Positions 25,322-39,604 of a stretch of 64,000 bases of DNA are shown here, piece by piece. Each line of letters starts with the position of its first letter. Within the stretch, counting starts at the first letter, position 1. Position numbers and translations under genes: made by a program. The notes beneath the pieces are model-generated. The model was not told the DNA's origin and made no database searches. It saw only the letters and a program-made list of their open reading frames with translations. This DNA comes from Octopus sinensis (taxonomy: Eukaryota), in contig NC_043000.1 of the NCBI RefSeq assembly GCF_006345805.1, positions 33,480,001 to 33,544,000 on the forward strand, in the 5' to 3' direction.

Positions 25322-25497
25322 GCACACATACATACATACATGCATACATACATACATACATACATACATACATACATACATACAAACAAAAATACCCTGT
25401 TGTTAATGTTGAAATTACAATGAAGGACCCTTAGATCTAGGCTAGAAACCGGTTCTTTCTCTATTGGTAAGAAATCTTAAAATAAAACTGAACAACC
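24632..25497 (+). mobile_element. R4/Dong-like LINE 3' part (CCHC knuckle + restriction-like endonuclease + 3' UTR)
   Basis: CRLCRVHIEDITHITSSCP zinc knuckle, RHDVV, HNKPDLMI, VEISCP, IPVIIGA; (ACAT)n in or after the 3' UTR; distal end approximate. Confidence 0.85.
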
Positions 25498-26282
25498 ACA
25501 CACACAGAACAATTTAAACGAGTTGAATTTACGTTAATAGCCAATAGCTAGAATTAGAAACCACAGTTTGTAGGCGAAAGCCACTGTCTGAAAGTCGTAC
25601 GATTCCAATGTGTTTTTATTGTCCAGACTAAGTGAAGAGCAAACTAAAGAACCAATTCATTTTGAAATATTTTGGCACAACTTCGGATAACCCCACCGCT
25701 CGATTACCTATATCAGACAGTTCTAACATCAAACCATGAAACCGGTTTTTATCAGAGTTCATGTTGTGAATGAATTCTATACACTAAAATTTCGTTTCTT
25801 TTTTATTTTTTACCATAATTGACATTTTTCCAGAAAATATTGCTTTAGTATTTTTTGGTTAGACATTATCTTAACTTTTCGTTTTTACCTAAATACTAAT
25901 AGACAGTTCGCAAAAAATTATCAAAGCAGATATTTCTTTACCGAGAGCGTTTTGGCATAAAGAGATGATGTCTTTGATAATTCACACTTAGATACACTTG
26001 CTTAGACTTTATGTAAAAGTTCCAAATTTATGTAGTTTTTTTTGGCGAAATATCTGGAGAAGGAATTAGAACAAAAGAAACCTGTTTAATAAACCAAGTC
26101 AGCTGTATGTACTAATATAATTAAGATAACGTCATTAATTAATTAGCTGTCATATAGTTAGTAATAATTGTTTGGTTATCAGCTATATGTTAATATTTTA
26201 CTATTCGTCGTAGTTATGTTTAAATGCATGTGACTGTGTATAGAGATATACATACGTATGCACACACACACATACACATACA

Positions 26283-26385
<103 letters not shown>

Positions 26386-26649
26386 CCTTTCGTATCAACA
26401 CTGAAGTTTATCCTATTAAGCTCATCTATGAGCCCAGATTATCAGACAATTAGTGATTCGGAGATTAGTAATCCGGAGATTGCTTCTTATATCAAACACA
26501 TGCCGGAAAATACCACAAATACCCGTAGAATTTTTACAAATACGTTAAAGGAAACTGAAGTAAGTTCTTCTTTTGCATTGATTTACAAATGTTTCATCGA
26601 AAATTGACCTCATGAACATTGCTGTCACATACATAAATACATACATACA

Positions 26650-26681
<32 letters not shown>

Positions 26682-26723
26682 AAAGTATAAGGATAAGTTA
26701 GACAGATCAGTATATAAAGAATA

Positions 26724-26950
26724 TTTATTTCTTTACTACCCACAAGGGGCTAAACATAGAGGGGACAAACAACGACAGACAAACGGATTAAGTCGATCAC
26801 ATCGACCCCAGTGCGTAACTGGTACTTATTTAATCGACCCCGAAAGGATGAAAGGCAAAGTCGACCTCGGCGGAATTTGAACTCAGAACGTAGCGGCAGA
26901 CGAAATACCGCTAAGCATTTCGCCCGGCATGCTAACGGTTCTGCCAGCTC
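26724..26950 (-). mobile_element. tRNA-derived SINE, family a
   Basis: Near-identical to 5338-5580. Confidence 0.88.
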
Positions 26951-27365
26951 TAAATACATGAAATACACAACTGATTATACTTTCCAACCTTCTAGCAGTT
27001 CAAAATAACTTAATGAATATTCTCCAGTCAGTTGATAAACTCTACTACCTTAATGTTCTTAAAATTTAAATCGACATCTTTGTCTATATATCTACCTTCT
27101 CTATAATGTAATCAATTGATATGAAAATTATGTATTAATGGAAAACCTCTATAAATGGCTAATGATTGCTCAACATTTTAAAACTGTTGTAATACTTACA
27201 ATATTTAATAAAATGATGTAGCGTGAAACGATCGTACCAAATTACCGAAGTTATTCTTGTTGCTTATTTTGATTATAATCACTCCATGGATTTATATGCA
27301 TAACACCATACAAAATTTTGGTGCATCTAACTTAAGTACCATATTCATTTGAATCTATATATTTA

Positions 27366-27437
<72 letters not shown>

Positions 27438-27450
27438 TATGTATATGTAT

Positions 27451-27990
27451 CTCCCTGTTTATTTCTGTTTTCCTTTCTGTCAAAGATCGTAGGCTCGAAA
27501 CGTAAAAGACTTTCTCACTTCCGAGCGTTAAACTAATAAATCTGTTTGTTGTTTACACACCGGTCTTCGTCTTTCGTTTTTTTTTTTGTAAATTCTCACT
27601 ATATATTACACGCTCACGTGATCGCACTAGTTTTATCCAGTCTGCACCTCATAACACTTCGAACTTTTCTTGGACTATTCTACCTGGATTCTCTACCTGG
27701 ACTTTTTTCTACTCTCCTACACTCGGACTCCTACACTTCGGCTGCACCTTTCCTACCCTTGGATTACACTGGACTTTTCCTATAATGAGAAATCGCTCCA
27801 ATGCACCACAACGTTTGAACCTTTTGAACTTTCTAAACTTTTTTGTAATTTTTGCTTCTCCCTCTTTATTTCTGTGTTCCTTTCTGTCGTAAAAGATTTT
27901 CTCACTTCCCGAGCGTTAAACTAATAAATCTGTTTGTTGCTTACACAGCCGTCTTCGTCTTCTGCTTTTTGTATTCTCACTATATATATA
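27451..27990 (+). mobile_element. short element bounded by two direct PLE pLTR-like repeats (27451-27603, 27858-27990)
   Basis: Both repeats share AAAGA.TTTCTCACTTCC.GAGCGTTAAACTAATAAATCTGTTTGTTG; the first has a degenerate hammerhead, the second a 20-nt core deletion. Confidence 0.7.
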
Positions 27991-28404
27991 TTGGAAAACA
28001 ATCTTTTTATTACTTCATTATTATTAGCGTTTTTGTTCCTTTCTCAAAATTCTCAAATAAAATTTTGTGAATGTACAAACAGCTTGTTTATTCATATAAA
28101 ACATGTTTTTGGAGATTTTGCTTAGAAGAGAACATTGCTTTTGTTTTTTGGGGTGAGGTTCCATGACAATGGAGATGGATAGATAGAAATATAGGTAGGC
28201 AGATAGGCTGATAGATAGATAAATAGAGGAAAAAAGAACGAAAGAAAGGGAAGAGAGATAGAAAGCAAAATAACTTTCAGTGACGAACAAACTGTACCTG
28301 TTTTACTTTTTGAAGAGGTCACCATCCTTAAACTCATTCCAATACAATGGTAAAGGACTAAATGAATAAATAAATGAATGACGAATAGGAAAGGGAATAC
28401 CCAT

Positions 28405-28475
<71 letters not shown>

Positions 28476-28775
28476 TTATTAGCCTATCTATCTTTCTATA
28501 TTTCTATCTATCCATCCACCCAAAACAAAAACAATGTTCTCTTCTAAACAACCCTCCCCACCAACATCTGTTTTATATAAATGAAAAAGCTGTTTGTGCA
28601 TTCGCAAAATTTAATTTGACAAGTTCAAGAAAGGAACGAAAGCGCTAATAATGAAGGAATAAGATTTTTTTTTCCAAAATTCTGACTTTTTTCTCAATAT
28701 TCAATTTCTGTACATCACACCTAACACTCTGTGCATACATAGACATACATACATACATACATACATACATACATA

Positions 28776-29188
28776 GGCGCAGGAGTGGCTGTGTGGTAAG
28801 TAGCTTGTCTACAAACCACATGGTTCCGGGTTCAGTCCCACTGCGTGGCACCTTGGGCAAGTGTCTTCTACTATAGCCTCGGGCCGACCAAAGCCTTGTG
28901 AGTGGATTTGGTAGACGGAAACTGAAAGAAGCCCGTCGTATATATGTATATATATATATATATGCGTGTGTGTGTGTTTGTGTGTCTGTATTTGTCCCCC
29001 TAGCATTGCTTGACAACCGATGCTGGTGTGTTTATGTCCCCGTTACTTAGCGGTTCGGCAAAAGAGACCGATAAAATAAGTACTGGGCTTACAAAAGAAT
29101 AAGTCCCGGGGTCGAGTTGCTCGACTAAAGGCGGTGCTCCAGCATGGCCGCAGTCAAATGACTGAAACAAGTAAAAGAGTAAAAGAGT
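28776..29188 (+). mobile_element. tRNA-derived SINE, family b
   Basis: GGCGCAGGAGTGGCTGTGTGGTAAG ... GGTTCAGTCCC head, internal (TA/TG)n, (GTAAAAGA)n tail. Confidence 0.85.
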
Positions 29189-29292
29189 ATACATACATAC
29201 ATACATACATACATAGACATACATACATACATACATATATACATACATACATAGATACATACACACATACATACACATACACATATATATAA

Positions 29293-29420
29293 TCCTCTCT
29301 GGCGAAGAGGGTAGGCTCAAAATGTAAAAGACTTTTCCATTCTTCCCGAGCATTAAACTAATACACCTATTTGTTGTTCCTACACCTGTCTTCATCTTTT
29401 GTTGTCTGTAAAATTGAACT
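29293..29420 (+). mobile_element. solo pLTR-like repeat with degenerate hammerhead (29295-29330)
   Basis: CTCT CTGGCGA A GAGG GTAG GCTC AAAA TG TA AAAG; tail like 27451-27603. Confidence 0.6.
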
Positions 29421-30849
29421 ATATATATACATACATACATACATACATACATACATACATACATACATGCATACATACATACATACATGCATGCATGCAT
29501 ACATGCATACATATATACATACATACATACATACATACATACATACACACACACGCACACACACACACATATATATATATATACATACAAGCATACATAC
29601 ATACATACACACACACACACGTACACACACACACATATATATATATACATACACACATATATACAAACACACAATAGCACATGTATACATACACATAACA
29701 CATACATATATATATATATACACATCGAGACAGTCATACATATATGTACTTATACGTTTACACTGAAAACCTCAGTGTAGGCATACATACACACAAAGGT
29801 ATATATACACATACATACATGCATATATACATACATAAAAACATACATACTGACATACATACAAACATACACACATACACACACTCTTACACACATACAC
29901 ACGCATACATACATACACATGCATACAAACATACACGCATACATACACATGCATACATACATACACACATACATACACACACACATACATACACACATAC
30001 ATACATACACACATACATATACACATACATATATACATATATACGTGCATGCATACATACACACACGCATACGTACATAATACATACATACAGATATACA
30101 CACATGCATAATGGTGACCGGTATGCCCAGCCCGATACTCGGATGTGTTTAATTACTGCTCCAAATATTGGAAAAAGTTGAGCGACAAAATACGGTGAGA
30201 TTAAAATGGAAATATTTCTACCTAAGGGTTTTCGGCATTATATATATATGGCGGCATACATCCATCTTTAAAATATTTATTTAAAGACAACGCTGTAACG
30301 AGACACACATAAAGAAATAAACCAAGTAACTTTTCAAAACAATTCACAAAAGAAAAAAGAAGACTCTAAATAGAACGCCGTTCAAAATATAAGTTTAAGC
30401 ACAATTGTAGAATTAAAAACAACTTGAACGGAAAGATTACCGAAGCTGTGAACAACTTTAAATTTAATTCTGACAAAACTTTCTCGAAACTTTAGAAGAA
30501 GATCATTGTCTTGTTTGGGAAAAAGAAATACAAATATCAGTGAATAGACAAAATCGTTATGGCTGAACATATGTCTCCCACCAAATCGTGACTACATTCA
30601 TTGTATACAATGGCGCTGCGATTTTAACAAAGAATTATACGAAGTATATATATAATCTGACCCTCACAAGTTTGCTTCTATACAAAGGTTAAAAATTTTG
30701 TGGAACCACCCCGGGATTAGATTTCCCCCCGAAACATTTAAATGAACAAGTAAGACAAATCAGATGTAAATTGATATATCTAACGGAAATGGCTGATTCC
30801 ATTCAAGCTGACAGTAAAAAGCCAGCCGTTGAAGATAATTATCCTACAG

Positions 30850-31120
30850 TCATGAGTTCGATTCGCGGCTGGGAGTTGTGTCTTTGAAAGAAAATACTTT
30901 TTTTGCACGTTGCTCCAGTCCACTCTGCTGTCAAAAGTGAGCAGTACCTGCAATTCAACGGGTGAGGCGTGTCACAGTCGCTGTGTCACGCTGAATCTCC
31001 CCGAGAACTACGCGAAGGTAGGCGCGGAGTGCTCAGTCACTTGTACGTTAATCTTTTTATGAGCAGGCTGTTCCGTGATTCGGATCAGCTGGAATACTCG
31101 TCGTAATCGACGGAATGCCA
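30850..31120 (+). mobile_element. tRNA-derived SINE, family c, degenerate
   Basis: CACGTTGCTCCAGTCCACTC ... CGCTGAATCTCCC.GAGAACTACG ... CGACGGAATGCC shared with 48400-48712. Confidence 0.75.
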
Positions 31121-31667
31121 GTTTCTTTTTTAGCAGCAAGCAACACGCCAACCATTTAACTGAAATCCATACCTATACCGTACAAATAGAACACCACAGA
31201 CTTTTGGAAGCCTTACAAGTGATCTGAAATGATAAGTTTCAACAGGGCTACGACCTTAATTTGAATGCACTAATATAAGTAAAGAACCTAATGAAACAGA
31301 ATAAGAGGCAGTAAACGAAATAGCAAACAAATATCTGAAGACCACCCAGTCCAGAGTCATGAAAACAACCTACGAAACCATTAACCTCTTGATACATGTT
31401 TCAGCTATTGTATTACTAGCATATCGCAAAGAGCTGAAACCACGCAATCGAGGCAAAAAGTAGAAAGCCCGAAATACATACACATACATACACATGCATA
31501 CATACATACACACATACATACACACATACATACATACATACATACATACATAATACATACATACATAATACATACATACATACATATACACATACATACA
31601 TATATACGTGCATGCACACATACATACACACAACGTACATACACACATACGTACATAATACATGCAG

Positions 31668-32415
31668 ATGTACACAGATTATGCTTCCTACGTAAGGATG
31701 ATGGCCGTGGTCTCAAATCTGTGACAACATCTGCTGCAGTGGAAAAAGACCAGTAACTATCTTGTCCAAATTTGTGACCATAAAATAAAAAAATAAAAAG
31801 GATGGTCAATGAACTTGATACAGTTCTCTTCCCAAGGAGTATTGGGTAAATATCTATCTATCAGAAGAACAACATAAAAATTGGGTCAGATCACTGGGAA
31901 GATAGAACCTGGGCACTTGATATGAAAATACAAAACATAGAAAGAACTGACCATGTCAAAAGCTTGAAACCGATGGGTCAAAAGAATATTGGTGGAACTT
32001 AGAAATTAAAACAACCACCAAGTTAAAAGAGCGATGTTGTGTAGCACCACAAGAAAAATGTTTTTTGTTGCGGAAATCAGTTAGAAAAATACAAGAGAAA
32101 AAGGACATCGATGGAGAATTGATAAGGGATTTTGAAATCCAGTACCCAAGGTACTCTTCCAACTTCATGCCTATTATTATCGGAGCAACAGGATACATAC
32201 CAACATGTCTGGAGCAAAGTATGGCTGAATTTGGGGTCTGGGGATTCTTAATTCATACTCTACAAATGATTGCGATACTTGGGACTATAAAAGTCTGCAG
32301 AATCGTCTTAAGATATAAAGGGTGACGAACAAAACAAGATGCTTTCCTTTACAAACTTGCAGCCAAGTAAGTGGCCGACCAAAATGAATTTTAAATTAAA
32401 AAAGAAACAGAAGAA
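31668..32415 (+). mobile_element. R4/Dong-like LINE 3' part with internal deletions, between (ACAT)n and (ATCC)n
   Basis: RLCFLRKDDGRGLKSV, KEYWWNLEIKTT, MPIIIGATGYI, AILGTIKVC. Confidence 0.75.
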
Positions 32416-32416
32416 A

Positions 32417-32705
32417 TCCATCCATCCATCCATCCATCCATCCATCCATCCATCCATCCATCCATCCATCCACCCATCCATCCATCCACCCATCCATCCA
32501 TCCATCCATCCATCCATCCATCCATCCACCCATCCATCCATCAATCCACCCATCCATCCATCCATCCATCCATCCATCCATCCATACATACATGCATCCA
32601 TCCATCCATCCATCCATCCATCCATCCACCCACTCATCCACCCATCCATCCATCCATCCATCCATCCATCCATCCATCCATCTATCCATCTATCCATCCA
32701 TCCAT
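32417..32705. repeat. (ATCC)n microsatellite
   Basis: Direct reading; explains the WMDG ORFs. Confidence 0.95.
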
Positions 32706-33056
32706 ACATACATACTTACATCCATACAAGGGATTTTTGAGATTTTGTGTTAAGCTGAGGTGTTTTATCCACAGTAAGTGGATAAAACCAAATCTGATGC
32801 AGATTACTCACAGTGAACAATCCCAGCTGATTCACTTGATATTCCAGACATTTCGGTGCACTGAAGTGCAGAGAATTAAGTAAATATATACAGGAATCTG
32901 CCATAAGTCTATACTTTAATTCATACACGCACACACTCGTATGCGTTTACTTCACCCCGTGTGTGTGTATGTATGTATGTATGTATGTATGCATGTATGC
33001 ATGTATGCATGCATGTATGTATGTATATATGTATGTATGTATGTACATACATGTGT

Positions 33057-34117
33057 ATGGTAAACGACTTGATGTAGTTGATCAGTTTGGTTACCTGGGA
33101 AGCACTGTTAATAGATGTAGCAATTTGGATGATGAAATTCCATACAGAATTAGGAAAGCAAGTGATGCTTTCGGAAGGCTAGAAAGGCGCCTCTAGAGTC
33201 GGCGAGACATATGCAGAAAGACAAAGATAAAGGTGTACAAGGCATGTGTGCTCCCTTCTCTTCTCTATGCCTGCGAGATTGGGTCACATATCGATACCAC
33301 CTTAAACAACTGGATCGTTTCCATCAGATGTGTCTCAGACGGATCTACGGCATTAAGTGGGAGGACCGCATCAGTAATTTTGAAATATCGGAAAGCTCTC
33401 GGTGCGAAAGTATAGAAGCTCTTGTGTTAAAGCAAAGGCTCAGATGGAGTGGTCACCTGGTTAGGATGAAGGATTCAAGGATGCCAAAACAACTCTTTTA
33501 TGGAGAGTTAGCTAAAGGAGAACGACCCCCACATAAACCCAAAAAGAGGTATAAGGACTTGTTGAAGGCTTCCTTAAGAGATGCTTGCATCTCTCCTGAC
33601 ACATGGGAGGGCATAGCTATTGATCGTAGCAGGTGGAGAAGGATTGTGCACGAGGGGACACCTACTTTTGAGAAATCTCGAGTTGCGCATGAGAATGTAA
33701 GGAGGGATGTCAGGAAGGGCATCGCTGTTACACTTCCAGATGGGAAGGGTCTTCCTATGATGCTGACATGCAGTGTCTGTGCAAGACCCTGTCTTAGTAA
33801 AGCTGCACTCAAGAGTCATCTTCGTAGTCATAAAGCGAGACAGATGAGTGACAACCTGGCCACTGGTGGTGGTGTTACACACCATACTAATCATATCTGT
33901 CAGGCATGTGGAAGAGAATGTAATTCGGCAGGAGGACTTAAACAACATGCAAAGGTACACAAAGCCCAGTTACAACTACAGCCGGCTATTACCGGTAAAG
34001 GTTTTAGTTGCCAATTTTGTAGATCTTTAGCTGGGCTAAAAGTCACATTCGATCACAGCACCAGTAACAGTTAAGCTTCGTGTAATGGTCATACTCGATA
34101 ACGAGAGGGCAGCCATC
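33057..34117 (+). mobile_element. 5'-truncated RTE-clade LINE with C-terminal C2H2 zinc fingers
   Basis: FGYLGS, KVYKACVLPSLLYACE, LRWSGHLVRM..SRMPKQLFYGEL, then CSVC..HLRSH, CQAC..HAKVH and a broken CQFC finger. Confidence 0.9.
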
Positions 34118-34140
34118 ATATATGTATGTATGTATATATG

Positions 34141-34212
<72 letters not shown>

Positions 34213-34879
34213 GATGGCACATATCATGACCAAAGTAAATGCGGGTTCGAGTACAGTGGGTGGCCTTCTACTCTTCCCTATCCAAGGGACGTTTTACACA
34301 AGGTATTCTGCATCTATATATGGGCGCTCATACATATATACATGGGCGAGATGGATCGCCATCTGTTTCAGCGATGCAAATTCTGTTATTCAATCAACCG
34401 AATTTCTTCCTTTTGTATTAAAGGGTAAATGGTTGTATATTCCACAGATACACATACTTTTAAGGTAATTCTAAGAATCGGTGTGACACCGTGTATAAAA
34501 AGGCTCTACCTTGAATAACGGGTACAAATCCATCTAACTTCGTCTATTTCCTTCCGAGTTGGATGTATCGCAATTGCCAATAGCTAGATTCGAAACCACT
34601 GTCTATATGCAAAAGCAATATTCTGAGAGTTAAGGCAAGCAATAGATTTATAGTTTTTGACAACTTATATCTACAAACCTTACCCGTGCTATTGGTTGCC
34701 AGTTTGGCATGTTGGTTTGGCTCTCACTTCTTTGATATGCAATTCTAAGGTTTTTCGATAGAATGTCAACATCTTGCACCAGTTTCCTGTTGTTTGGTCC
34801 CTTCTTGATGCCTTCTCACTGTACAACTTTCTCATCGCCTTGATCACAATTTCAGGGTCGATTTTATAAAATTTCACTG

Positions 34880-34990
34880 TTTAAACAAAAGTTGTATTAG
34901 TTTAATGCTTGAAAAGAAGGGAAAGTCTTGACGTTTAGGATGTTAATCCTATATTTGAAGAGAGACAGAGGGGACAACAAAGGAGGAGAA
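34880..34990 (-). mobile_element. solo pLTR-like repeat with decayed hammerhead (~34926-34965)
   Basis: Minus strand AGGAT TAAC ATCCT AAACGTC AAGACTTTCC ... AGCATTAAACTAATAC; tail matches the 27451 family. Confidence 0.5.
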
Positions 34991-35204
34991 TATATGAGTA
35001 CAAACTGTTAACCACCCCCCATTTTTCTCTTCTCTTGAAAATTCTTTCTAATAATTGATAAGATAGGTACATAGAAATCGGTTATACTTTATATCACTCA
35101 CTCTCACAACAATATAAAACATTCCCTCAAATATACTTCCGTGCCTTTTCCAACTTTATTTACTTTTTAAACTATATACACACACACACACACACAACAC
35201 ACAC

Positions 35205-35288
<84 letters not shown>

Positions 35289-35304
35289 CATTGATTTTAG
35301 TAAA

Positions 35305-35509
35305 ATATTGGTTACAAGGTCACCAATTTCGAGAGAGAAGGTAAATCGATTACATCGACCCCCAGTGCAAAACTGGTACTTATTTTATCGACATCGAATG
35401 AATGAAATGCAATGTCGACCTCGGCGAAATTTCAACTGAAAACACAAAGACGGACGAAATGCCGCTAAGCATTTTGTCCGGCGTGCTAACGATTCTGCCA
35501 GCTCACCGC
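35305..35509 (-). mobile_element. tRNA-derived SINE, family a
   Basis: Matches other family a copies. Confidence 0.82.
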
Positions 35510-35809
35510 AGGAACATCAACCGAATACCTTCACAGGTTAGCCATGAGCCTTCTTTATACACAGCTTTGGCCAAAAGTATTAGGCTACCCCAATGTTTTG
35601 GGGTTCTGCTATCTCAATGCACATGGTAGATTATGGTATATTTCACAATATACTTTAGTGTTAATATCTGGTTGACCCTTCTTTGAAGTATTTAAGAACA
35701 GCTCGACCCACCTGTAACTTCGAATCTCGTGGGTGCATAATACACTTCGCCTTTGCTTTATTCCCTCACATTAATATTTCTGCAAATAATCCAAGCGTGC
35801 GTGCGTATG

Positions 35810-35843
<34 letters not shown>

Positions 35844-36296
35844 TGTATGTATGTATGTATGTATGTATGTATGTATGTATGTATGTATGCATGGCATGTA
35901 TGTATGTATATGTGCGTGTGTATGTGTATGTGTACAGGTAAGTATATATAACCATGTGTGTTTGTGTGTGTGAGTGTGTAAACGCGTGTATGAAGTATTT
36001 GCAGAAATACAGATATGTAAGTACATGCAAAGTGAGAAAAGCAGCACACACGCACACACACACGCACGCACACACACACGCACATGCACACACACACACA
36101 CGCTCGCACGCACAGATACACACACATGCACGCACACACACACACGCACACACACACACGCAAACACACACACACATACACACACACTTACTGAGTATTT
36201 CGCTGTACAATGTTTTCACTTGTCTAATATATAACGTTTCGTATAGTTTAAATTTATATCCACATATATACATGTACACACAAGCATATGTGTGTG

Positions 36297-36327
<31 letters not shown>

Positions 36328-36369
36328 ATGTGTGTATATATATGTGTATATTATACATATATATGTATA

Positions 36370-36464
<95 letters not shown>

Positions 36465-37316
36465 CTCACTTGTATATGTACATGTGTGTGCGTATTTATA
36501 TGCATTTCTTTATATGAGTGTGTGTTTATGTATTTTTATGTACGTACTTCACAATATTTATTATCTTCACGAAAAAAAAACAGCAGAAAATTCCTTTCTT
36601 TTGCTTCTACAACTTTAATACTGAGCTACATATAATCCTTTCCAGTGCAAGCTAAAAGTAAAGCAAATAAATGAATAAATAATATTCTTATTATATCGAA
36701 TGCATAAACGCTTACTTTTGTGGAAGAGCTTCTACAAATTCTCCCACAAAAATATATTCTAAGTTATTTACAGACACACCGAAAATCATGCAACTTTAAT
36801 ATCAAAAATCGCAGAAGAAAGTACAGTAAACTACCTGAAGCTCTCTTTCTGTGTCGAAGTAGTATGGCTACTTATTTTCGTTTCGATTACAAGTGCCTTG
36901 GCAAAACATTGGTATAGCGAAGTAAACCATGTTGTGATATTGATAGATGTAGAAGCAAAATCTTACAAAACCGATACACATAATCCCTCCTCCGACGTCT
37001 GATAATAGGAAGGAATCTCACATCCTTAAAACGAATGGTTTGGATGCTCACAGCAATTAGAAGAATTAAACTTATCGGTCATTGAAATGATAGCGCGTAT
37101 TTAAACGGTTACAGTAGATGCAAACTAGGTTTAGGAGAAAAATGTAATATAACCGTAAAAATACCCTACTGAATAAGTAGTTGTTGGGTTCAATTTCAGT
37201 CTATTAACTCGAGGGCAATTAATTGAGGCAGAACGGAGTACAAACTGGCTACGATTTATATACATTGATTTTCAATGAAGAAATACATTTTCAAAATAAC
37301 ATTTACACTTATTCCT

Positions 37317-37374
<58 letters not shown>

Positions 37375-37477
37375 ATTGAAATCTCTATATGTATATAAAT
37401 ATATTAATGTGTGTGTGTACACACACACACACATATATGTATATATATATATACATATATGCATACATAAGTGTATA

Positions 37478-37705
37478 CAGTAAATCCCTCGCCATATCGC
37501 GGTTCACCTATCGCAGTTTATTATTTAAGCTTACGCCGATTCCTCTGTGGTGTTGTTTTGTATTTATGATAAAATAAATATATACAAATTATAAAGATAA
37601 TAAAAAAAAAACTATATACAGTGCAGTAGTGTTTCTACTTCTCGGATTTTCACCTACCATGGGGTGGTTTTGGAGCGTACGCCCGCGACAGTCGAAGGAT
37701 TATTG
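37478..37705 (-). mobile_element. Tigger/pogo-like MITE, second copy
   Basis: TA|CAGTAAATCCCTCGCCATATCGC end; body is the reverse complement of 6936-7179. Confidence 0.78.
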
Positions 37706-37789
37706 TGTATATTAGTGTTTCATAAACAAGACAGGAAGTAAAACACCAACACATTGGACACTTCCAATGTTTGTTTATAGAATGTCCTT

Positions 37790-37833
<44 letters not shown>

Positions 37834-38633
37834 ACACACACACAACATTATCCCCTCTTTGTCTTCATCCTTTTCTATGATACGCTCCAATCTCATTAAT
37901 CCCCATCACATTTTAATTTTATCATTAAGCAAATTTATACAATTTATTAATTCACCATTTAGTTACAATTTGCCCTTTTACATTTATCAATGTTTTTGTA
38001 TTCTTCATAAGCCTTACGCATGAATCGTTGCTCATTCAGCGTACCCTAATCGAACACTCTCTCCCCTAATTTACATCTCATTTAGATTCTCAGTTCTTTC
38101 ATATATATATTTTGTATATTGTTCTCAAAACATTTCTGTTCTTCCGTATATATTTCAATTTTTTTCCATGTAAATCTGGATGTTTTTCCATATACATCCG
38201 TACGTTCTTCCATAAACACATATTATTTTATATGCATTCAAATCAGATCTTCCTGCTCCTAATTATATTTTTAGAAATACATTATTACATATCCTTAAAT
38301 ACACATACACATTTGCATATATATACACATACATTTAATACACGTATGCGCATTTATCAAGACATGTGAATAGATGCGCATACATATATACATAGATATA
38401 TACAGATGCACATGCATACATAAGTAGTTATAGATATAAATAGGTGCATTCACATTTAAATATACATTAATCCTTAATACTGATGCATAAGAATTCATAC
38501 GTAAATGAATATAGTTTTGATTTGCAAGTATGAGCTTTCCACTTTATACACTCCTATATATTGTTGTTCTGCACACACACACGCACACACACGCACACAC
38601 ACACACACACACAGGCACACACACACACACGCG

Positions 38634-38695
<62 letters not shown>

Positions 38696-38899
38696 AACAT
38701 TCCAGGGTTTGACAAGTTCAAAGAAGCTATTCCGGCCACGTTTAGAACAAAGAACTCAAAGATAAGTCCGACAATGAATAAATATTTAATCCATAATCAT
38801 TCGTCCAATAACACATATTTTGTTTCACTTAAGGCTATATGTATATATATATATATACACATATAGCCTTAAGGTTGAACAAATACACAAAAAAAAAAC

Positions 38900-39055
38900 A
38901 ACAACACGAGGACTTGGTACATGTAAAGTATTAGAAGACGCTCAGGGAAGGAAAGAAAGGTGGTTTAACATTTCGAGCAAAAGCTCTTCGGAAGCAGAGG
39001 AAAGTCCAATAGAAAGGAAGACGGAGGAAGAAAATCGCCAACAATTCACATGTGG

Positions 39056-39060
<5 letters not shown>
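38900..39060 (-). mobile_element. pLTR-like fragment with decayed hammerhead (~38963-39000)
   Basis: Minus strand ...CCGAA GAGC TTTT GCTC GAAA TG TT AAACC; stem II intact, core decayed. Confidence 0.5.
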
Positions 39061-39110
<50 letters not shown>

Positions 39111-39111
<1 letters not shown>

Positions 39112-39291
39112 ACGCAGGCATAGATGTGTGGTAAGTAGCTTGTTTACCAACCACATGGTTCCGAGTTCAGTCCCACTGTGCGGCACCTTGGGTAAGTGTC
39201 TTTTACTATAGCCTCGGGCCGATCCAGGCCTTGTGTGCGGATTTTGTAAACTGGAAGAAACCCCGTGGTATATAGATATCTAATAACGTAC

Positions 39292-39348
<57 letters not shown>

Positions 39349-39604
39349 CGTGTATGTGTGTATATATGTGTGTATATATATGTACATAAATCTCTATATA
39401 TGCGTGTGTTTATGTTTGTTCCACACTGTCACTTGGTAACTGGTGTTCCCCAAACCTCTCGGTTCGTCAAAAGAGACCGATAGAATAGATACCAAGCTTA
39501 AAAACCGTAGTGGGCTCAATTCGTTCGATTAAATGTCCTTTATGGCGGTACCCCAGCATGGCCGTAATCTATTGACTCCAGCAAATGAAAGATAAAAGAT
39601 AAAG
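39111..39604 (+). mobile_element. tRNA-derived SINE, family b
   Basis: Matches 28776-29188. Confidence 0.82.

Noticed and set aside
31395-31450. Possible decayed hammerhead (GCTA...TAGC-T-GAAA-CATG-TA on the minus strand)
   Set aside because: The core is too degenerate and there is no second copy here to reconstruct it.
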